Assembly (NCBI GenBank): GCA_964541525.1
Contig: CAZIQF010000005.1
Coordinates: 5,114-69,113, forward strand
DNA length: 64,000 bases
Direction of reading: 5' to 3'
DNA from: an uncultured Staphylococcaceae bacterium
Lineage (GTDB): Bacteria > Bacillota_I > Bacilli_A > ML615J-28 > CAG-313
Part shown: positions 1 to 10,549 of the stretch, one piece after another
Position numbering within the stretch: the stretch's first letter is position 1
Layout: every line of letters starts with the position of its first letter
The notes under the pieces: model-generated
The model's input: only the letters and a program-made list of their open reading frames with translations
What the model was told of the DNA's origin: nothing
Databases searched by the model: none
Made by a program: the position numbers and the translations under genes

Positions 1-264
1 TATTAACAATACCTTTTGGGAAGGAAAATAGCGAATTCTTGCATTTTTACACATATAAATTTTATAATAAAAAAATTTAAAAAGAAAATACGATAAGTAG
101 TTATTATGTTTTGAAAAGCATAAAATATATTAATGCCAATCCAATAAATGTCAAGTAAAAGTAAAAAATACTTGACGAAATATAATTATAAAGAAAATGA
201 ATTAATATTTGCAAGTAAATTATATAAATCAGAACTATGTAATCAAACTAGTTCTTATGGTACA

Positions 265-714
265 TTATTTTTCTTTATTCGTTTCTTCCTTTTTACTAAA
301 CACTTGTTTTAACTTGATTATCTTTGATTTTACTAAAGATGTAAATTTCTTCATTATTGTTACTGAATACAATAAATGATTAAGAATCGGTTTTAATCTA
401 CTCAATAATTTTGATCCCATATTCATCGTCTTAATAAAATAATCACGCATAAATAAATAATATAATAGAAATCCAATTATAATAAATAATAGAAAATAAA
501 TAGGAATATAGCCACTTTCTAGTTTATAACAAAAATTATAAGTCAGAAAAATCTGAACGATTAAATAAATAAACTCTAAAATTAATTTAGGTACTTTTTT
601 AAAATGGTATCTTTCTTCTAAATAAATAATCACATCACTTGCTGCAAAGTAATAGATACCATAGGCAATAATATAAACTAAGATTTTGATTTCAACATTT
701 AAAGGTCTAATCAT
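265..714 (-). CDS. yabQ: Small polytopic membrane protein; its position immediately downstream of yabP, with a 4-nt overlap, suggests YabQ (spore cortex biosynthesis protein)
   Basis: 149 aa, several hydrophobic helices. ATGA overlap with the upstream yabP-like gene, as in the Bacillus yabP-yabQ pair. Hairpin terminator at about 227-255 on the minus strand. Confidence 0.45.
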   Translation of the reverse strand: MIRPLNVEIKILVYIIAYGIYYFAASDVIIYLEERYHFKKVPKLILEFIYLIVQIFLTYNFCYKLESGYIPIYFLLFIIIGFLLYYLFMRDYFIKTMNMGSKLLSRLKPILNHLLYSVTIMKKFTSLVKSKIIKLKQVFSKKEETNKEK

Positions 715-1004
715 TTGAATAACTTTTTAAAGAAACCTTCCTTTTTATTTTTATCTAGATCTTCATCTAAATATTCAATTGAAGTAATTATTCCACTAAT
801 GAGTAAAATATGTTTTTCTAAATCGAGATGTTGCATTTCTAATTCTGATCCAGTTACTTCTAACATTCCTAAAGTTGTTTTCACTAAAAATTCTTCTTTA
901 TTTAGATTCTCTAATTTCTCTACACCAGTAATTTCTAATTGTTTTCGATTATTTAAAGTAATTGATTGTTCCTTAAATTCAGTTTTCTCATTAACATAAT
1001 TCAT
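711..1004 (-). CDS. yabP: YabP family sporulation protein
   Basis: 97 aa. N-terminus MNYVNEKTE..HILLISGIITSIEYLDE resembles the YabP family (about 100 aa, same N-terminal pattern and the conserved ..G.I..I.Y.DE tail). Followed by the yabQ-like gene. Confidence 0.55.
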   Translation of the reverse strand: MNYVNEKTEFKEQSITLNNRKQLEITGVEKLENLNKEEFLVKTTLGMLEVTGSELEMQHLDLEKHILLISGIITSIEYLDEDLDKNKKEGFFKKLFK

Positions 1005-1106
1005 TTTTGATATCCTCCATTAATAAATTATATGAGATAATTAATGGATATATGAAATGTTTTAAGGATGAGGTGAATGAATTTGATAATTTTGTGGCTA
1101 ATCCTT

Positions 1107-1135
1107 TTGCAAGAAATGATAAAATGTGGTATAAT
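1107..1135 (+). promoter_or_regulatory. Sigma-A type promoter for lysS (TTGCAA, 17 bp spacer, extended TGgTATAAT)
   Basis: TTGCAA at 1107-1112, 17 bp spacer, TG then TATAAT at 1130-1135, about 40 nt upstream of the lysS ATG. No T-box leader fits in this short 5' region. Confidence 0.5.
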
Positions 1136-1174
1136 GAATAAGAATAAGAAAAATATAATATAAGAGGTAAAATA

Positions 1175-2674
1175 ATGGCAGAAGAATTACGTTTATCAGA
1201 ACAAGAAAAAGTTCGTCGTGGAAAGATGGAAGACTTAAGAGCCAAAGGGCTTGATCCGTTTGGACAAAAATTTGAAAGAACAACCAATTCTAAACTTTTA
1301 AAAGACGCATATTTAGAAGCTACTAAAGAAGAATTAGACGAAAAAAATATTGAAGTAAGTATTGCCGGAAGAATTATGAGCAAACGTCGTCAAGGTAAGA
1401 TTGGCTTTATGCATATTCAAGACCGTGAAGGACAAATTCAAATCTTTATGCGTGCAGACTCAGTATCAGAAGCAGATTATGAATTATTTAAAGTAGCTGA
1501 TATTGGTGATATTATTGGCATTGTTGGTCAAGTAATTAAAACACAAACTGGTGAACTATCAGTAAAAGCATCTAAATATGTTCATCTAACTAAAGCTTTA
1601 AGACCGCTTCCAGAAAAATTCCATGGTTTACAAGATCGTGAAGAGGCAAGAAGAAGACGTTATGTTGACTTAATTATGAATGAAGAAGCAAGAAGAATTG
1701 CTTACTTACGTCCAAGAATTATTCGTGGTCTTCAAAAATATTTAGATGATTTGGGATATATTGAAGTTGAAACACCAGTATTGAGCCCAATTCTAGGTGG
1801 TGCTAGTGCGAGACCTTTTGTTACCCATCATAATACTTTAGATATGGATTTCTATTTGCGAATCGCTACTGAACTTCACTTAAAACGCTTAATTGTTGGT
1901 GGTATGGAAGCAGTTTATGAAATTGGTCGTTTATTTAGAAATGAAGGAATGGACTCCACTCATAATCCTGAATTTACAACTGTTGAAGCCTATCTTGCAT
2001 ATGGTGATTTATCAGATATGATGAATCTAGTTGAAGGTTTATTGGTTAAACTTGCAAAAGATGTAATCGGTAAAACTACATTCAACTGGAATGGTTGTGA
2101 GATTAGTTTAGATGCACCTTTCAAACGAATTCATATGGTTGATGCAATCAAGGAAATAACGGGAATTAATTTCTTTGAAGTTTATGACTTAGATGTTGCG
2201 TTAAAATTAGCTCAAGAACATCATATTGAAGTACCTGAACATCAAAAATCAATTGGTCATATTATTAATCTATTCTTCGAAAAATACGTAGAAGAAACAT
2301 TAATTCAACCAACTATTTTGTATGGTCATCCAATTGAAATCAGCCCATTAACAAAGAAAAACCCAGATGATCCACGTTTTACTGATCGTTTCGAATTATT
2401 CATTGGCAGAAAAGAATTTTGTAATGCTTATACCGAATTAAATGATCCAATTGATCAAAGAGAACGATTTATAGCTCAACTTAAAGAACGTGAATTAGGA
2501 AATGATGAAGCCAATGACATGGATATTGATTTCCTAGAAGCATTAGAATATGGTATGCCACCAACAGGTGGAATCGGAATCGGGATTGACCGTTTAGTAA
2601 TGTTATTAACAGAATGTGATACAATTCGTGATGTATTACTATTCCCTCATATGCGTAATAAAGTAGAAAACTAA
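1175..2674 (+). CDS. lysS: Lysyl-tRNA synthetase, class II
   Basis: 499 aa. N-terminal OB-fold region, class II aaRS motifs ([18 protein letters not shown]). RBS AAGAGG upstream. Confidence 0.95.
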   Translation: MAEELRLSEQEKVRRGKMEDLRAKGLDPFGQKFERTTNSKLLKDAYLEATKEELDEKNIEVSIAGRIMSKRRQGKIGFMHIQDREGQIQIFMRADSVSEADYELFKVADIGDIIGIVGQVIKTQTGELSVKASKYVHLTKALRPLPEKFHGLQDREEARRRRYVDLIMNEEARRIAYLRPRIIRGLQKYLDDLGYIEVETPVLSPILGGASARPFVTHHNTLDMDFYLRIATELHLKRLIVGGMEAVYEIGRLFRNEGMDSTHNPEFTTVEAYLAYGDLSDMMNLVEGLLVKLAKDVIGKTTFNWNGCEISLDAPFKRIHMVDAIKEITGINFFEVYDLDVALKLAQEHHIEVPEHQKSIGHIINLFFEKYVEETLIQPTILYGHPIEISPLTKKNPDDPRFTDRFELFIGRKEFCNAYTELNDPIDQRERFIAQLKERELGNDEANDMDIDFLEALEYGMPPTGGIGIGIDRLVMLLTECDTIRDVLLFPHMRNKVEN

Positions 2675-2681
2675 AACAATT

Positions 2682-2726
2682 AATATTCTATAAAGTAAAT
2701 TTATATTTTATAGAATATTTTTATTT
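2682..2726 (+). terminator. Rho-independent terminator of lysS
   Basis: AATATTCTATAAA...TTTATAGAATATT inverted repeat followed by a T-run. Confidence 0.6.
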
Positions 2727-2885
2727 TTATGAAAATTTTATCTTCTGTACAAATACTTACAGAAAATCAAAAATGAAGAAATTATTGAACCTTGAGCTTA
2801 GATTATAAAATTACAGAATAAAAAATAGATTTAATTAAATAAATGTGATATAATAAGTAATGAAGATAAAAAATGGGAGAAAATA

Positions 2886-5618
2886 ATGAAAAAAATAGTT
2901 TTTTGTATATTGATACTTATATGTATTATTCATACTACATTCTTAGTAAAAGCAGAAAATAATGTTTCCGTTAGTTTATATGATTCTGCATCAATTAGAA
3001 TGGAAACACCAAGTGGCATCAGGTTCAAGGCTAAGGTCACAAACCCCCAAGATGGATATAAATATGGAATGGTATTTATTAATCATTTAGTAAGCAATGT
3101 CGAAGATTTATATGTAGGATCTACTGATAGTGTTTATGCTGAAGTCGATTGTCTTGCTGAAACTAATGAATATACAGTATCTTTAGTCAACTTTCCTGAA
3201 TATGGATATTTAGATGATATAACTGTCAGAGCCTATGTTCAAGTTGATAATGATACATATATTTATTCTGATCATGTTGTCTCTAAAACAATTAAAGATA
3301 TTGCAACAAAAGCGTATGAAGATGGAAATGATAATCAATATATAAAAGATATTGCATTATTTGATAAAACTATCTTAGTTAGATATGATAGTCTTAGTAA
3401 GGAAGTTGCATATAATACCTCAAGTAGTGAGTTAGATTTACCAACGACAATTACTTTATATGATAAATATGATCAAGCATATCATCTCGGTGTTACATGG
3501 AATTTATCTAATTATGATGGAACTAAAGCAGGAACTACCAATATTCAAGGAACACTTGATTTAGGCACAACCTACATAACTAAAAAATTTGAAATTAGCT
3601 ATCAAATAACAGTAAAAAATAATCCAGTCATATTTGATTATGATTTTAGAACGATGTCAACCTTAGATAGTGCGTTTGAAAACAAGTCAGATGGCATGTA
3701 TAAGGATACAGAAAAAGGTGTTGCGTTAAAATCATCCGGCAAATATATTATTACTCCTAGTTTCAATGCTTTAGGTCCGTTTAAAGTAACAGCTGAGATT
3801 AGAGGAAGATCAACATCGGGGAACGCAACAATTACAATTTATGGTTTAGATAGTTCTGGTAACGTATTAGAAAAACAAGCTTTTACTCAAGTTATCTCAA
3901 CATCAAATTCATATTTATATGCGACATTTACTAATACTCTAATCACAAAAATTAAATTTGAATACACAACCAAAGCGACAGGAAATATTGGGATCTCGAC
4001 TTTAAAAGCAGAATATACTGATGATATTAGTACCGATGTGGATGAATTAGAAAGTATTAGTGTTAAAGATTATACAACTAATTATTATGTAGGTAGCACG
4101 TTTGATTACTTAGGAACAATTGTTAAAACCTATACATCTGGTAAAACTGAAGAAGTAAGTTTAACTAATGTGAAAAGTGATCTTGAAGTGGTTTTCGATT
4201 CTACAACTCCAGGTAATTTTGTTGGTAGTATTACTTATTTAGGTTTCACTACAACCTTCAATTATAGTATTCTAACACAAGAAGTTACGGATACAATCAC
4301 TTCTAAAGTTGATAATGTTATGGTTTATGCTATCGATTTATCAGCATCCAGCAATGATACACTTTCTTTAATTCGGATTAATCAAGGAACAAATCAAGTT
4401 AATATCATTATTGATCAAGGTCCAGTTTTAAGTGATGCGTCAAAAGCACAATTAACATTGCAACTTGAATCCTTGATTAATAATAAAATCTCTTATTATT
4501 ATTCTCTAAATAATAGTAGCTACTTTGATAATTTATCAGGTAAACCGATGGTAATTAATTATGAATATTATTTTACTAAAGAAGTATTATTAACAATCAA
4601 GCCTAATGGTTTTATCCTTGATTGTTTAGGCTATGTATATTATGATGTTCAAAATATGAGTAATAGTCAAATCGAATTAGATACTAAAGTAGATATTTTA
4701 TGGGCAAATAACACAATCACAGAATCAATTATCGAAGCCTTAGATCCAGAGACAATTATCCTTCCGGAAGGAAATTTGACAACATTTATTGAACTTGCAA
4801 AAGCGATTTATACTTATGATGATGAAATTTTCCAATATTCACCAACACTAAATAAAAATATTTGGCATGTGTTTACAGATATATCATATTATTTAGATGG
4901 TGAAAGTACTAAAGAACTTAGTAGTTATAGTGAGTGGAGTAATGCTGAAACCAATGGCTTGCATCATGCAAGTATGGTTAATTACTTGTATCGTGAAGCC
5001 TATTATGGCGATATCAGCAACTTATCAGGAGATGCACTAGTAACTGCATTAAGAAAAGTCATAACTAATACCCATACATTCAGTGTATCATATGGTGAAA
5101 ATAAAACTTATTTACAACAAACGGATGCAGATCCATTTAACGAAGGCAATATTATGCTAATTTATTTAGGAACATCAGTCACAGCTGCTTGGGATGGTGG
5201 TACTACTTGGAATCGTGAACATGTATGGCCAAAATCATTATCCGGTGGTCTTTATACGAGTGTAGCTGAAAGTCATCGAGGAGCTGGTAGTGATTTACAT
5301 CATATTAAACCAGCTAATCCGAGTGAAAATACATCAAGAAATAATAAAGCATTTGGTACAGTAACCAATTCCACATATTATTGTCCACGAGATGGAGTAA
5401 AAGGCGACGTTGCGCGAATCTTATTCTATATGTCTGTAAGATATGATATGGATATTGAACAACTTGGCGTTGCCCAAAGCACAAGTATGCTTCTTGAATG
5501 GAATGATTTAGATCAAGTTGATTCATTTGAAAGAAATCGTAATCGAATCGTTCAAAGCATTCAAGGGAATTACAACCCATTTGTTGATAATCCTTGGCTT
5601 GCCGATTTAATTTGGTAA
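2886..5618 (+). CDS. Secreted large protein with a C-terminal endonuclease-I-like (EndA/Vvn-type) nuclease domain
   Basis: Signal peptide MKKIVFCILILICIIHTTFLVKA. Long beta-rich N-terminal region. C-terminal NREHVWPKS and nearby HHIKP motifs resemble the endonuclease I family catalytic region. Terminator at about 5627-5665. Confidence 0.5.
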   Translation: MKKIVFCILILICIIHTTFLVKAENNVSVSLYDSASIRMETPSGIRFKAKVTNPQDGYKYGMVFINHLVSNVEDLYVGSTDSVYAEVDCLAETNEYTVSLVNFPEYGYLDDITVRAYVQVDNDTYIYSDHVVSKTIKDIATKAYEDGNDNQYIKDIALFDKTILVRYDSLSKEVAYNTSSSELDLPTTITLYDKYDQAYHLGVTWNLSNYDGTKAGTTNIQGTLDLGTTYITKKFEISYQITVKNNPVIFDYDFRTMSTLDSAFENKSDGMYKDTEKGVALKSSGKYIITPSFNALGPFKVTAEIRGRSTSGNATITIYGLDSSGNVLEKQAFTQVISTSNSYLYATFTNTLITKIKFEYTTKATGNIGISTLKAEYTDDISTDVDELESISVKDYTTNYYVGSTFDYLGTIVKTYTSGKTEEVSLTNVKSDLEVVFDSTTPGNFVGSITYLGFTTTFNYSILTQEVTDTITSKVDNVMVYAIDLSASSNDTLSLIRINQGTNQVNIIIDQGPVLSDASKAQLTLQLESLINNKISYYYSLNNSSYFDNLSGKPMVINYEYYFTKEVLLTIKPNGFILDCLGYVYYDVQNMSNSQIELDTKVDILWANNTITESIIEALDPETIILPEGNLTTFIELAKAIYTYDDEIFQYSPTLNKNIWHVFTDISYYLDGESTKELSSYSEWSNAETNGLHHASMVNYLYREAYYGDISNLSGDALVTALRKVITNTHTFSVSYGENKTYLQQTDADPFNEGNIMLIYLGTSVTAAWDGGTTWNREHVWPKSLSGGLYTSVAESHRGAGSDLHHIKPANPSENTSRNNKAFGTVTNSTYYCPRDGVKGDVARILFYMSVRYDMDIEQLGVAQSTSMLLEWNDLDQVDSFERNRNRIVQSIQGNYNPFVDNPWLADLIW

Positions 5619-5753
5619 TTAAAATAATCCTTACGCTTTTGTAAGGGTTATTTTTTATCTAATTCTTTTTCTTTGAAAAAATCAGTAAAAAAGATTATAA
5701 TATATATAAAGATGAATTGTAAATAAAAAATAAAGTTAGGAGATTTTTAGAGT

Positions 5754-7643
5754 ATGGATTATATTACTCAAGAAGAATATTTATTAGCTCTTGCTGAAGA
5801 ACTTAAATATTTAAATCCCAAAGATGCAACAAAAGTACTACAATATTACCAAACGAGAATTAATAATGCCCTTGATTATGGAGAAAAAGAAAAAGATATT
5901 ATTGCAGGACTTCCAACACCAGACGAAGTTGCAAAACAAACATATGAAGCACATGGGATTAACTATCTAGCAATTAGAAAAAAAAGTTATAAACGAAAAA
6001 TGATTTTATCAAAGATTATCGATAGTCTTTTATCATTAATCATTATTATAGCATTTATAGCAGTGATGATTTTTATGTTTAAATCATTATTTAAGATGGG
6101 AACATTAGTTTATCAACTCATTATTGTCGAAGAAGGAATCAATAAATTAATTAGTTCACTAGCAGTAGTTGGTTATATGTTAACTATCCTGTTTGCTTTT
6201 ATATACGTTGTTGATTTATTTTATATTATATTGTCTAATTTTTTAAATAATATTGTTAATCTTAAAAACAAAGACTTGCAAAGAAAAATTTTTACTTTCA
6301 CGATTACGGGATTGATTGAAGATAAAACCAATCATCACAAAATCCAATTAAAGTTACTAGTATCAGTTGTAATTGTAACTATCTTTTTAATGATTGGTAG
6401 TTTTATGAATAATGGCTACGTTGCAAGCACTTTGAATGATACGCCATCAAATAGTTTAGAAGTAGTAATTGATGATAATATAACAAATATTAAGTTAGAT
6501 ACTGCCATAGCTAATATTTATTTCAAAGAATCAACTAGCAATCAAGCTTATCTAGTTTATGAATATGAAATAAACAATCATTTAAATACAAGTACTAGTC
6601 AAAATAACTTCAATATTGAAATTAATAATGCTTCTACATATGATATTTTTGGCTTATTCAATGAACCAACCCCGATTATTACTTTCTATATTCCAAACAA
6701 TCAACTAATTGATATGATTATTAATTTTGATTCAGGTGTAATTGATTTAACCGATATGAAGTTAAATAACTTAACTGTCAATGTTACAAGTAAAAGCACA
6801 ATCAGTATTGTTGGTTCTACGCTTAATCAAACAACAATTACTGGTTTTAATGTTAATTTTGCAATTCATAGCAGTAATATCAAAGAAGCTAGTTATGAAG
6901 CTAGCAAAGGCCAATTTATCATTGAAGAAAAAGCCATGATAAACAAGTTAAATGTAAATAATTTTCAATCAAAAATCAAATTTAATAATAGTACAATTAA
7001 CGACTTGACAATAACAAATAATGCTGGAAATCTTGAATTAGATGGTATAACAGGAAATCAAATTAATTTCACAGCACGAACTTCACAAAACTATTTATTA
7101 AATGTCAATTACACCGAAATGAATTGTCAAGTTGCAAACACATGTTCATTAACAATTAATGATAGTATTGCTGATACAGCAAAAATTGAATCTAATAATG
7201 CCTTTATTATTATTGATAATTTAATCGCAAATAAGATGACGATTACATCAACTAGTAGCGAATTATTTTTAAGTAATTTAGGTGATAAGCAAACACCAAC
7301 AATGGAACTAGCAATTACTCATTATAATGGATCAAAAACCGAAATTACTAAATCTAATCTAAGACTATTAACAATTACCCAAGAAGATGGTTACGTTATT
7401 TGCAATAATAATTATATAAGAAATGGTATTTTAAACTTAGTAAAATGCAATATTGTGGAATTAATTGATTTAGACGGTAGTCAAATTGAATTATATTTAG
7501 CGGAAATTGAAACTAGCATCACGCTTGATGCCAAAGCAAAAACCGAATTAATCTATTTAGTTAAAGACTGGGATTTAATTTCTGGTGCTAATTTAATTAG
7601 AAACGAAGACACAATTAATTTTAAGGTTGAAGGTGAAGAATAG
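5754..7643 (+). CDS. Membrane protein with an N-terminal DUF1700-like helical domain and a C-terminal DUF4097 (putative adhesin, beta-helix) domain
   Basis: N-terminus MDYITQEEYLLALAEELKYL...GLPTPDEVAKQ matches the DUF1700 pattern. Central transmembrane helices. C-terminal half is N/T/I-rich repeats typical of DUF4097. Confidence 0.55.
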   Translation: MDYITQEEYLLALAEELKYLNPKDATKVLQYYQTRINNALDYGEKEKDIIAGLPTPDEVAKQTYEAHGINYLAIRKKSYKRKMILSKIIDSLLSLIIIIAFIAVMIFMFKSLFKMGTLVYQLIIVEEGINKLISSLAVVGYMLTILFAFIYVVDLFYIILSNFLNNIVNLKNKDLQRKIFTFTITGLIEDKTNHHKIQLKLLVSVVIVTIFLMIGSFMNNGYVASTLNDTPSNSLEVVIDDNITNIKLDTAIANIYFKESTSNQAYLVYEYEINNHLNTSTSQNNFNIEINNASTYDIFGLFNEPTPIITFYIPNNQLIDMIINFDSGVIDLTDMKLNNLTVNVTSKSTISIVGSTLNQTTITGFNVNFAIHSSNIKEASYEASKGQFIIEEKAMINKLNVNNFQSKIKFNNSTINDLTITNNAGNLELDGITGNQINFTARTSQNYLLNVNYTEMNCQVANTCSLTINDSIADTAKIESNNAFIIIDNLIANKMTITSTSSELFLSNLGDKQTPTMELAITHYNGSKTEITKSNLRLLTITQEDGYVICNNNYIRNGILNLVKCNIVELIDLDGSQIELYLAEIETSITLDAKAKTELIYLVKDWDLISGANLIRNEDTINFKVEGEE

Positions 7644-7927
7644 TTCATTGCACCTAGTGTTAAAAATGATAGGAAAAAATTGTGAAATAAAAACAAACAA
7701 AAGTTAACTCTTTTTAATTATAATGAGTTAACTTTTTCATTTGTTATCCTTGTATTAATGATATCTATAACTTGGTAAATTCATTAATTTAAGCATGATT
7801 AAGTAACAATTAATATTACATTTAAATCTAACAAGTAAAATATTTGAATAAACTTTTTAAAAGTGGTAAAATATATAAGGTAAAAACCATTTTTAAAAAA
7901 ATATATTATTTAGGAGGACTTAAAAAA

Positions 7928-9001
7928 ATGGCAAATGTAAAAGTAGCAATCAATGGATTTGGTCGTATTGGACGTCTTGCTTTCAGACAAATGTTTGGTG
8001 CTGAAGGTTATGAAATTGTTGCAATTAATGACCTAACTAGTCCAAAAATGCTTGCAAACTTATTAAAGTATGACACTGCACAAGGTGGTTATGCTGGATT
8101 TATTGGTGAAAATCTTCACACTGTATCATCAAAAGAACCTGTACTTGCTGAAGATGGCAAAACTGTAGTTGTACCTGGTTCAATCACAGTTGATGGTAAA
8201 GAAATCACTATTTATGCTCAACCTAAAGCTGAATTACTTCCTTGGGGTGAATTAAATGTTGATGTAGTATTAGAATGTACTGGTTTCTATTGCTCAAAAG
8301 CAAAATCAGAAGCACACATTCAAGCTGGTGCTAAAAAAGTAGTTATTTCTGCTCCTGCTGGTAATGATTTACCTACAGTTGTTTATGGTGTAAATGAACA
8401 CATCTTAACAAAAGAAGACAAGATTATCTCTGCTGCTTCTTGTACAACTAACTGTTTAGCTCCTATGGCTAAAGCATTAAATGATTATGCTCCAATCCAA
8501 TCTGGTATTATGTCAACAATTCATGCATATACTGGTGACCAAATGATTCTTGATGGACCACATCGTAAAGGCGATTTAAGAAGAGCTAGAGCAGGTGCTG
8601 CAAATATCGTTCCTAACTCAACTGGTGCTGCTAAAGCAATCGGTTTAGTTATTCCTGAATTAAATGGTAAATTAATTGGTTCTGCACAAAGAGTTCCAGT
8701 TCCTACAGGATCAACAACTATTTTAACAGCTGTTGTTAAAGGTGCTGATGTAACTAAAGAAGGCATCAATGCTGCAATGAAAGCTGCTGCAAGTGATTCT
8801 TATGGATATAACGAAGATCCAATTGTTTCATCTGATGTTATTGGTATGAGATATGGTTCATTATTTGATGCAACTCAAACTATGGTTGCAAAAGTTGGTG
8901 AAGATTTATATCAAGTTCAAGTTGTTTCTTGGTATGATAATGAAAACTCTTATACTAGCCAAATGGTTAAAACTATCAAATACTTTGCAGAAAAATGCTA
9001 A
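7928..9001 (+). CDS. gap: Glyceraldehyde-3-phosphate dehydrogenase
   Basis: [19 protein letters not shown]-binding N-terminus. [10 protein letters not shown] active-site motif. RBS AGGAGGA at 7912. The listed ORF start at 7844 lies upstream of the RBS, so the ATG at 7928 is preferred. Confidence 0.95.
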   Translation: MANVKVAINGFGRIGRLAFRQMFGAEGYEIVAINDLTSPKMLANLLKYDTAQGGYAGFIGENLHTVSSKEPVLAEDGKTVVVPGSITVDGKEITIYAQPKAELLPWGELNVDVVLECTGFYCSKAKSEAHIQAGAKKVVISAPAGNDLPTVVYGVNEHILTKEDKIISAASCTTNCLAPMAKALNDYAPIQSGIMSTIHAYTGDQMILDGPHRKGDLRRARAGAANIVPNSTGAAKAIGLVIPELNGKLIGSAQRVPVPTGSTTILTAVVKGADVTKEGINAAMKAAASDSYGYNEDPIVSSDVIGMRYGSLFDATQTMVAKVGEDLYQVQVVSWYDNENSYTSQMVKTIKYFAEKC

Positions 9002-9032
9002 TTAAAAATCTAGGAACTACTTAATAGTTCCT
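8972..9032 (+). repeat. Left copy of a ~60 bp direct repeat: the last ~30 nt of gap, the stop codon and a 10-bp-stem hairpin
   Basis: AACTATCAAATACTTTGCAGAAAAATGCTAATTAAAAATCTAGGAACTACTTAATAGTTCC recurs at 10550-10608 with about 5 differences. Confidence 0.85.
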
Positions 9033-9357
9033 AGAGTCTTGACAAACCTATCTTGCTATTATTAGCATTGATAGGTTTTTAAATTTATTCGTTTATTAAA
9101 GAAATTATAGAAATTATAATGTTTTTAACTATTTTTATATAAATTTATAAAAAATATATAATCACGAAAAAGCAATGCTGTTGACATTTGACTTTGTCAA
9201 CAGCCCATTTATTTTTTGTTATATGTTATTATACATTTGTTTTGAACAGTTCGCTGCAAAACAATTTGTAATATTTCACAAGTATAACACTACAGGTACA
9301 AATGTGCTAAACATTACAAAAAATTTTAACTATTTTTAGAATTAGACTTCATTATTC

Positions 9358-9615
9358 TTATTCATAGTGTGTCCACATTCTAATAATCTTTACAACTTTT
9401 TCAGCATCATATACTTGGTATACTAATCTATGTTGAATATTTATTCTTCTTGAAAAAGTATTATTTATTCCAATTAATTTTTCATATGAAGGTGGATTAG
9501 TATAAGGATTCACTTCAAGTAATTCAAGTAATGCAATTACTTTTTTATATAATGTTGGATTTTGTTTAACTCTTTCAAAATCTTTAATTGCTTGTTTAGT
9601 AAATACTATTTCCAT
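9358..9615 (-). CDS. yoeB: YoeB/Txe family toxin (type II TA, mRNA interferase)
   Basis: 85 aa. ..FSRRINIQHRLVYQVYD..VKIIRMWTHY closely matches the YoeB consensus (SRRI..HRLVY, terminal HY). 10-nt overlap with the upstream antitoxin gene. Confidence 0.85.
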   Translation of the reverse strand: MEIVFTKQAIKDFERVKQNPTLYKKVIALLELLEVNPYTNPPSYEKLIGINNTFSRRINIQHRLVYQVYDAEKVVKIIRMWTHYE

Positions 9616-9848
9616 TCAATTTTCTCGCAATCTTCAAGTTTAGTATTTGCCCCTTCCACAATGCTTTCATACATTCCGGGAATACCCGCTAAATATAATG
9701 ATTCCATAAGACTATTATAATCTTCTTCACTCATCATTATCACATTGCCTTCTTTTGTATTAATATTTATAACATTATTATATTTAATACAACTTGATGC
9801 AAGCTTATAAAGTTCTGCCCTTGCATTTGTAATATTTGTATTCATCAT
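9606..9848 (-). CDS. yefM: YefM/Phd family antitoxin
   Basis: About 80 aa. NARAELYKL and SEEDYNSLMESLYL match the YefM pattern. ATG chosen 5-8 nt after the AGAGGTGA RBS; the ORF-track start is a GTG inside the RBS. Confidence 0.8.
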   Translation of the reverse strand: MMNTNITNARAELYKLASSCIKYNNVININTKEGNVIMMSEEDYNSLMESLYLAGIPGMYESIVEGANTKLEDCEKIEWK

Positions 9849-9914
9849 AATTATCACCTCTATTATTTATTATTGTATGTATAGTATATCATTATTATTC
9901 ATATAAGTCAACAA

Positions 9915-9938
9915 AAACGTACATAAAAATGTACGTTT
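9915..9938. promoter_or_regulatory. Perfect 10-bp inverted repeat AAACGTACAT-aaaa-ATGTACGTTT next to the yefM promoter (TTGACT-17-TATACT on the minus strand); candidate YefM-YoeB autoregulatory operator
   Basis: Palindrome seen directly. The minus-strand promoter has TTGACT and TATACT separated by 17 nt just upstream of the yefM RBS. E. coli YefM-YoeB operators are palindromes with a GTAC core. Confidence 0.45.
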
Positions 9939-9975
9939 CAGGCTGTTGACCATACTTTTACAGTGTTATGCTACA

Positions 9976-10011
9976 AAACACCTTAGCCGGATGGTATAAG
10001 GTGTTTTTTTC
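9976..10011 (+). terminator. Hairpin plus T7 terminator-like element inside the insertion
   Basis: AACACCTTAGCCGGATGGTATAAGGTGTT followed by TTTTTTT. A partial A-tract precedes it, so it may act bidirectionally. Confidence 0.4.
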
Positions 10012-10549
10012 TATTAGTACTTAATTGAGTTTAAGTATCCTTTAAATTTATTTAGCTTATAGCGACATCTTGGTATTTCTACTTTTAATTTTTTTAGTAT
10101 AAATAAGAAATCATTTTAAAGAACGATAAATACTATGTAACTCAAAAGAAAATAATGAATTAAATAATGTATTAATTTTTTGTAAAGTAGCACGTTTAGA
10201 GTCATGATTCATAATTCTTTATATTACAAGAAATTTAAATATATCTTTTAATGAAAATTTACAATTTGTTTTTATATCATCAAAAAACTTATCAATATTT
10301 AAAGAATTATATATATCTTCAAGATATCCAACAGTTTTTATAGTTCTTTGTTAAATCTTACCAGAAGAATCTACCACTCTAATATGAGTTTTTCTAATGC
10401 ATTTGAAGTAGATAAGGTCGTTTGGAATAAATATAGCATAACATCAAATAAAATACTCATAAAAATAAAAAATATAACTAAATCCAATCTAAAATAAGAA
10501 TTTAGTTATATGATTTTATAAATTGTAGTATAATAATGTAAAAGTAATG

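Noticed and set aside
130-176. Inverted repeat GTCAAGTA-N12-TACTTGAC near the window start
   Set aside because: Short (8 bp) and in very AT-rich intergenic DNA with no gene context. Cannot be distinguished from chance.
715-999. 94-aa plus-strand ORF antisense to yabP
   Set aside because: Fully embedded in the opposite strand of a gene with a recognisable family. Low-complexity S/F-rich translation and no RBS.
1005-1174. T-box riboswitch upstream of lysS
   Set aside because: Only about 40 nt lie between the promoter and the start codon, which is far too short for a T-box leader. No specifier or T-box motif is present.
5314-5580. 88-aa minus-strand ORF inside the nuclease gene
   Set aside because: Antisense to a long, well-supported CDS. 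Typical AT-rich spurious ORF. The same applies to the other short embedded ORFs at 1098-1283, 8521-8769, 11582-11779, 15669-15863, 16466-16747, 21793-22188, 22932-23120, 23811-24002, 28795-28983, 31437-31628, 34665-34874, 35010-35216, 36886-37095, 37074-37256, 37519-37794, 38728-38967, 42381-42566, 45104-45331, 48127-48327, 48760-48987, 49836-50045, 59037-59237, 60254-60508, 61124-61327, 61536-61928, 62063-62344 and 63739-63960.
7844-7927. N-terminal 28-codon extension of gap in the ORF track
   Set aside because: The strong RBS AGGAGGA sits inside the extension, directly upstream of the canonical [16 protein letters not shown] start.
10140-10460. Minus-strand reading frames (for example ..THIRVVDSSGKI, ..DSKRATLQKINTLFN..) as a gene
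   Set aside because: Interrupted by stops in every frame and with no recognisable family. Kept only as a possible degraded remnant supporting the insertion hypothesis.
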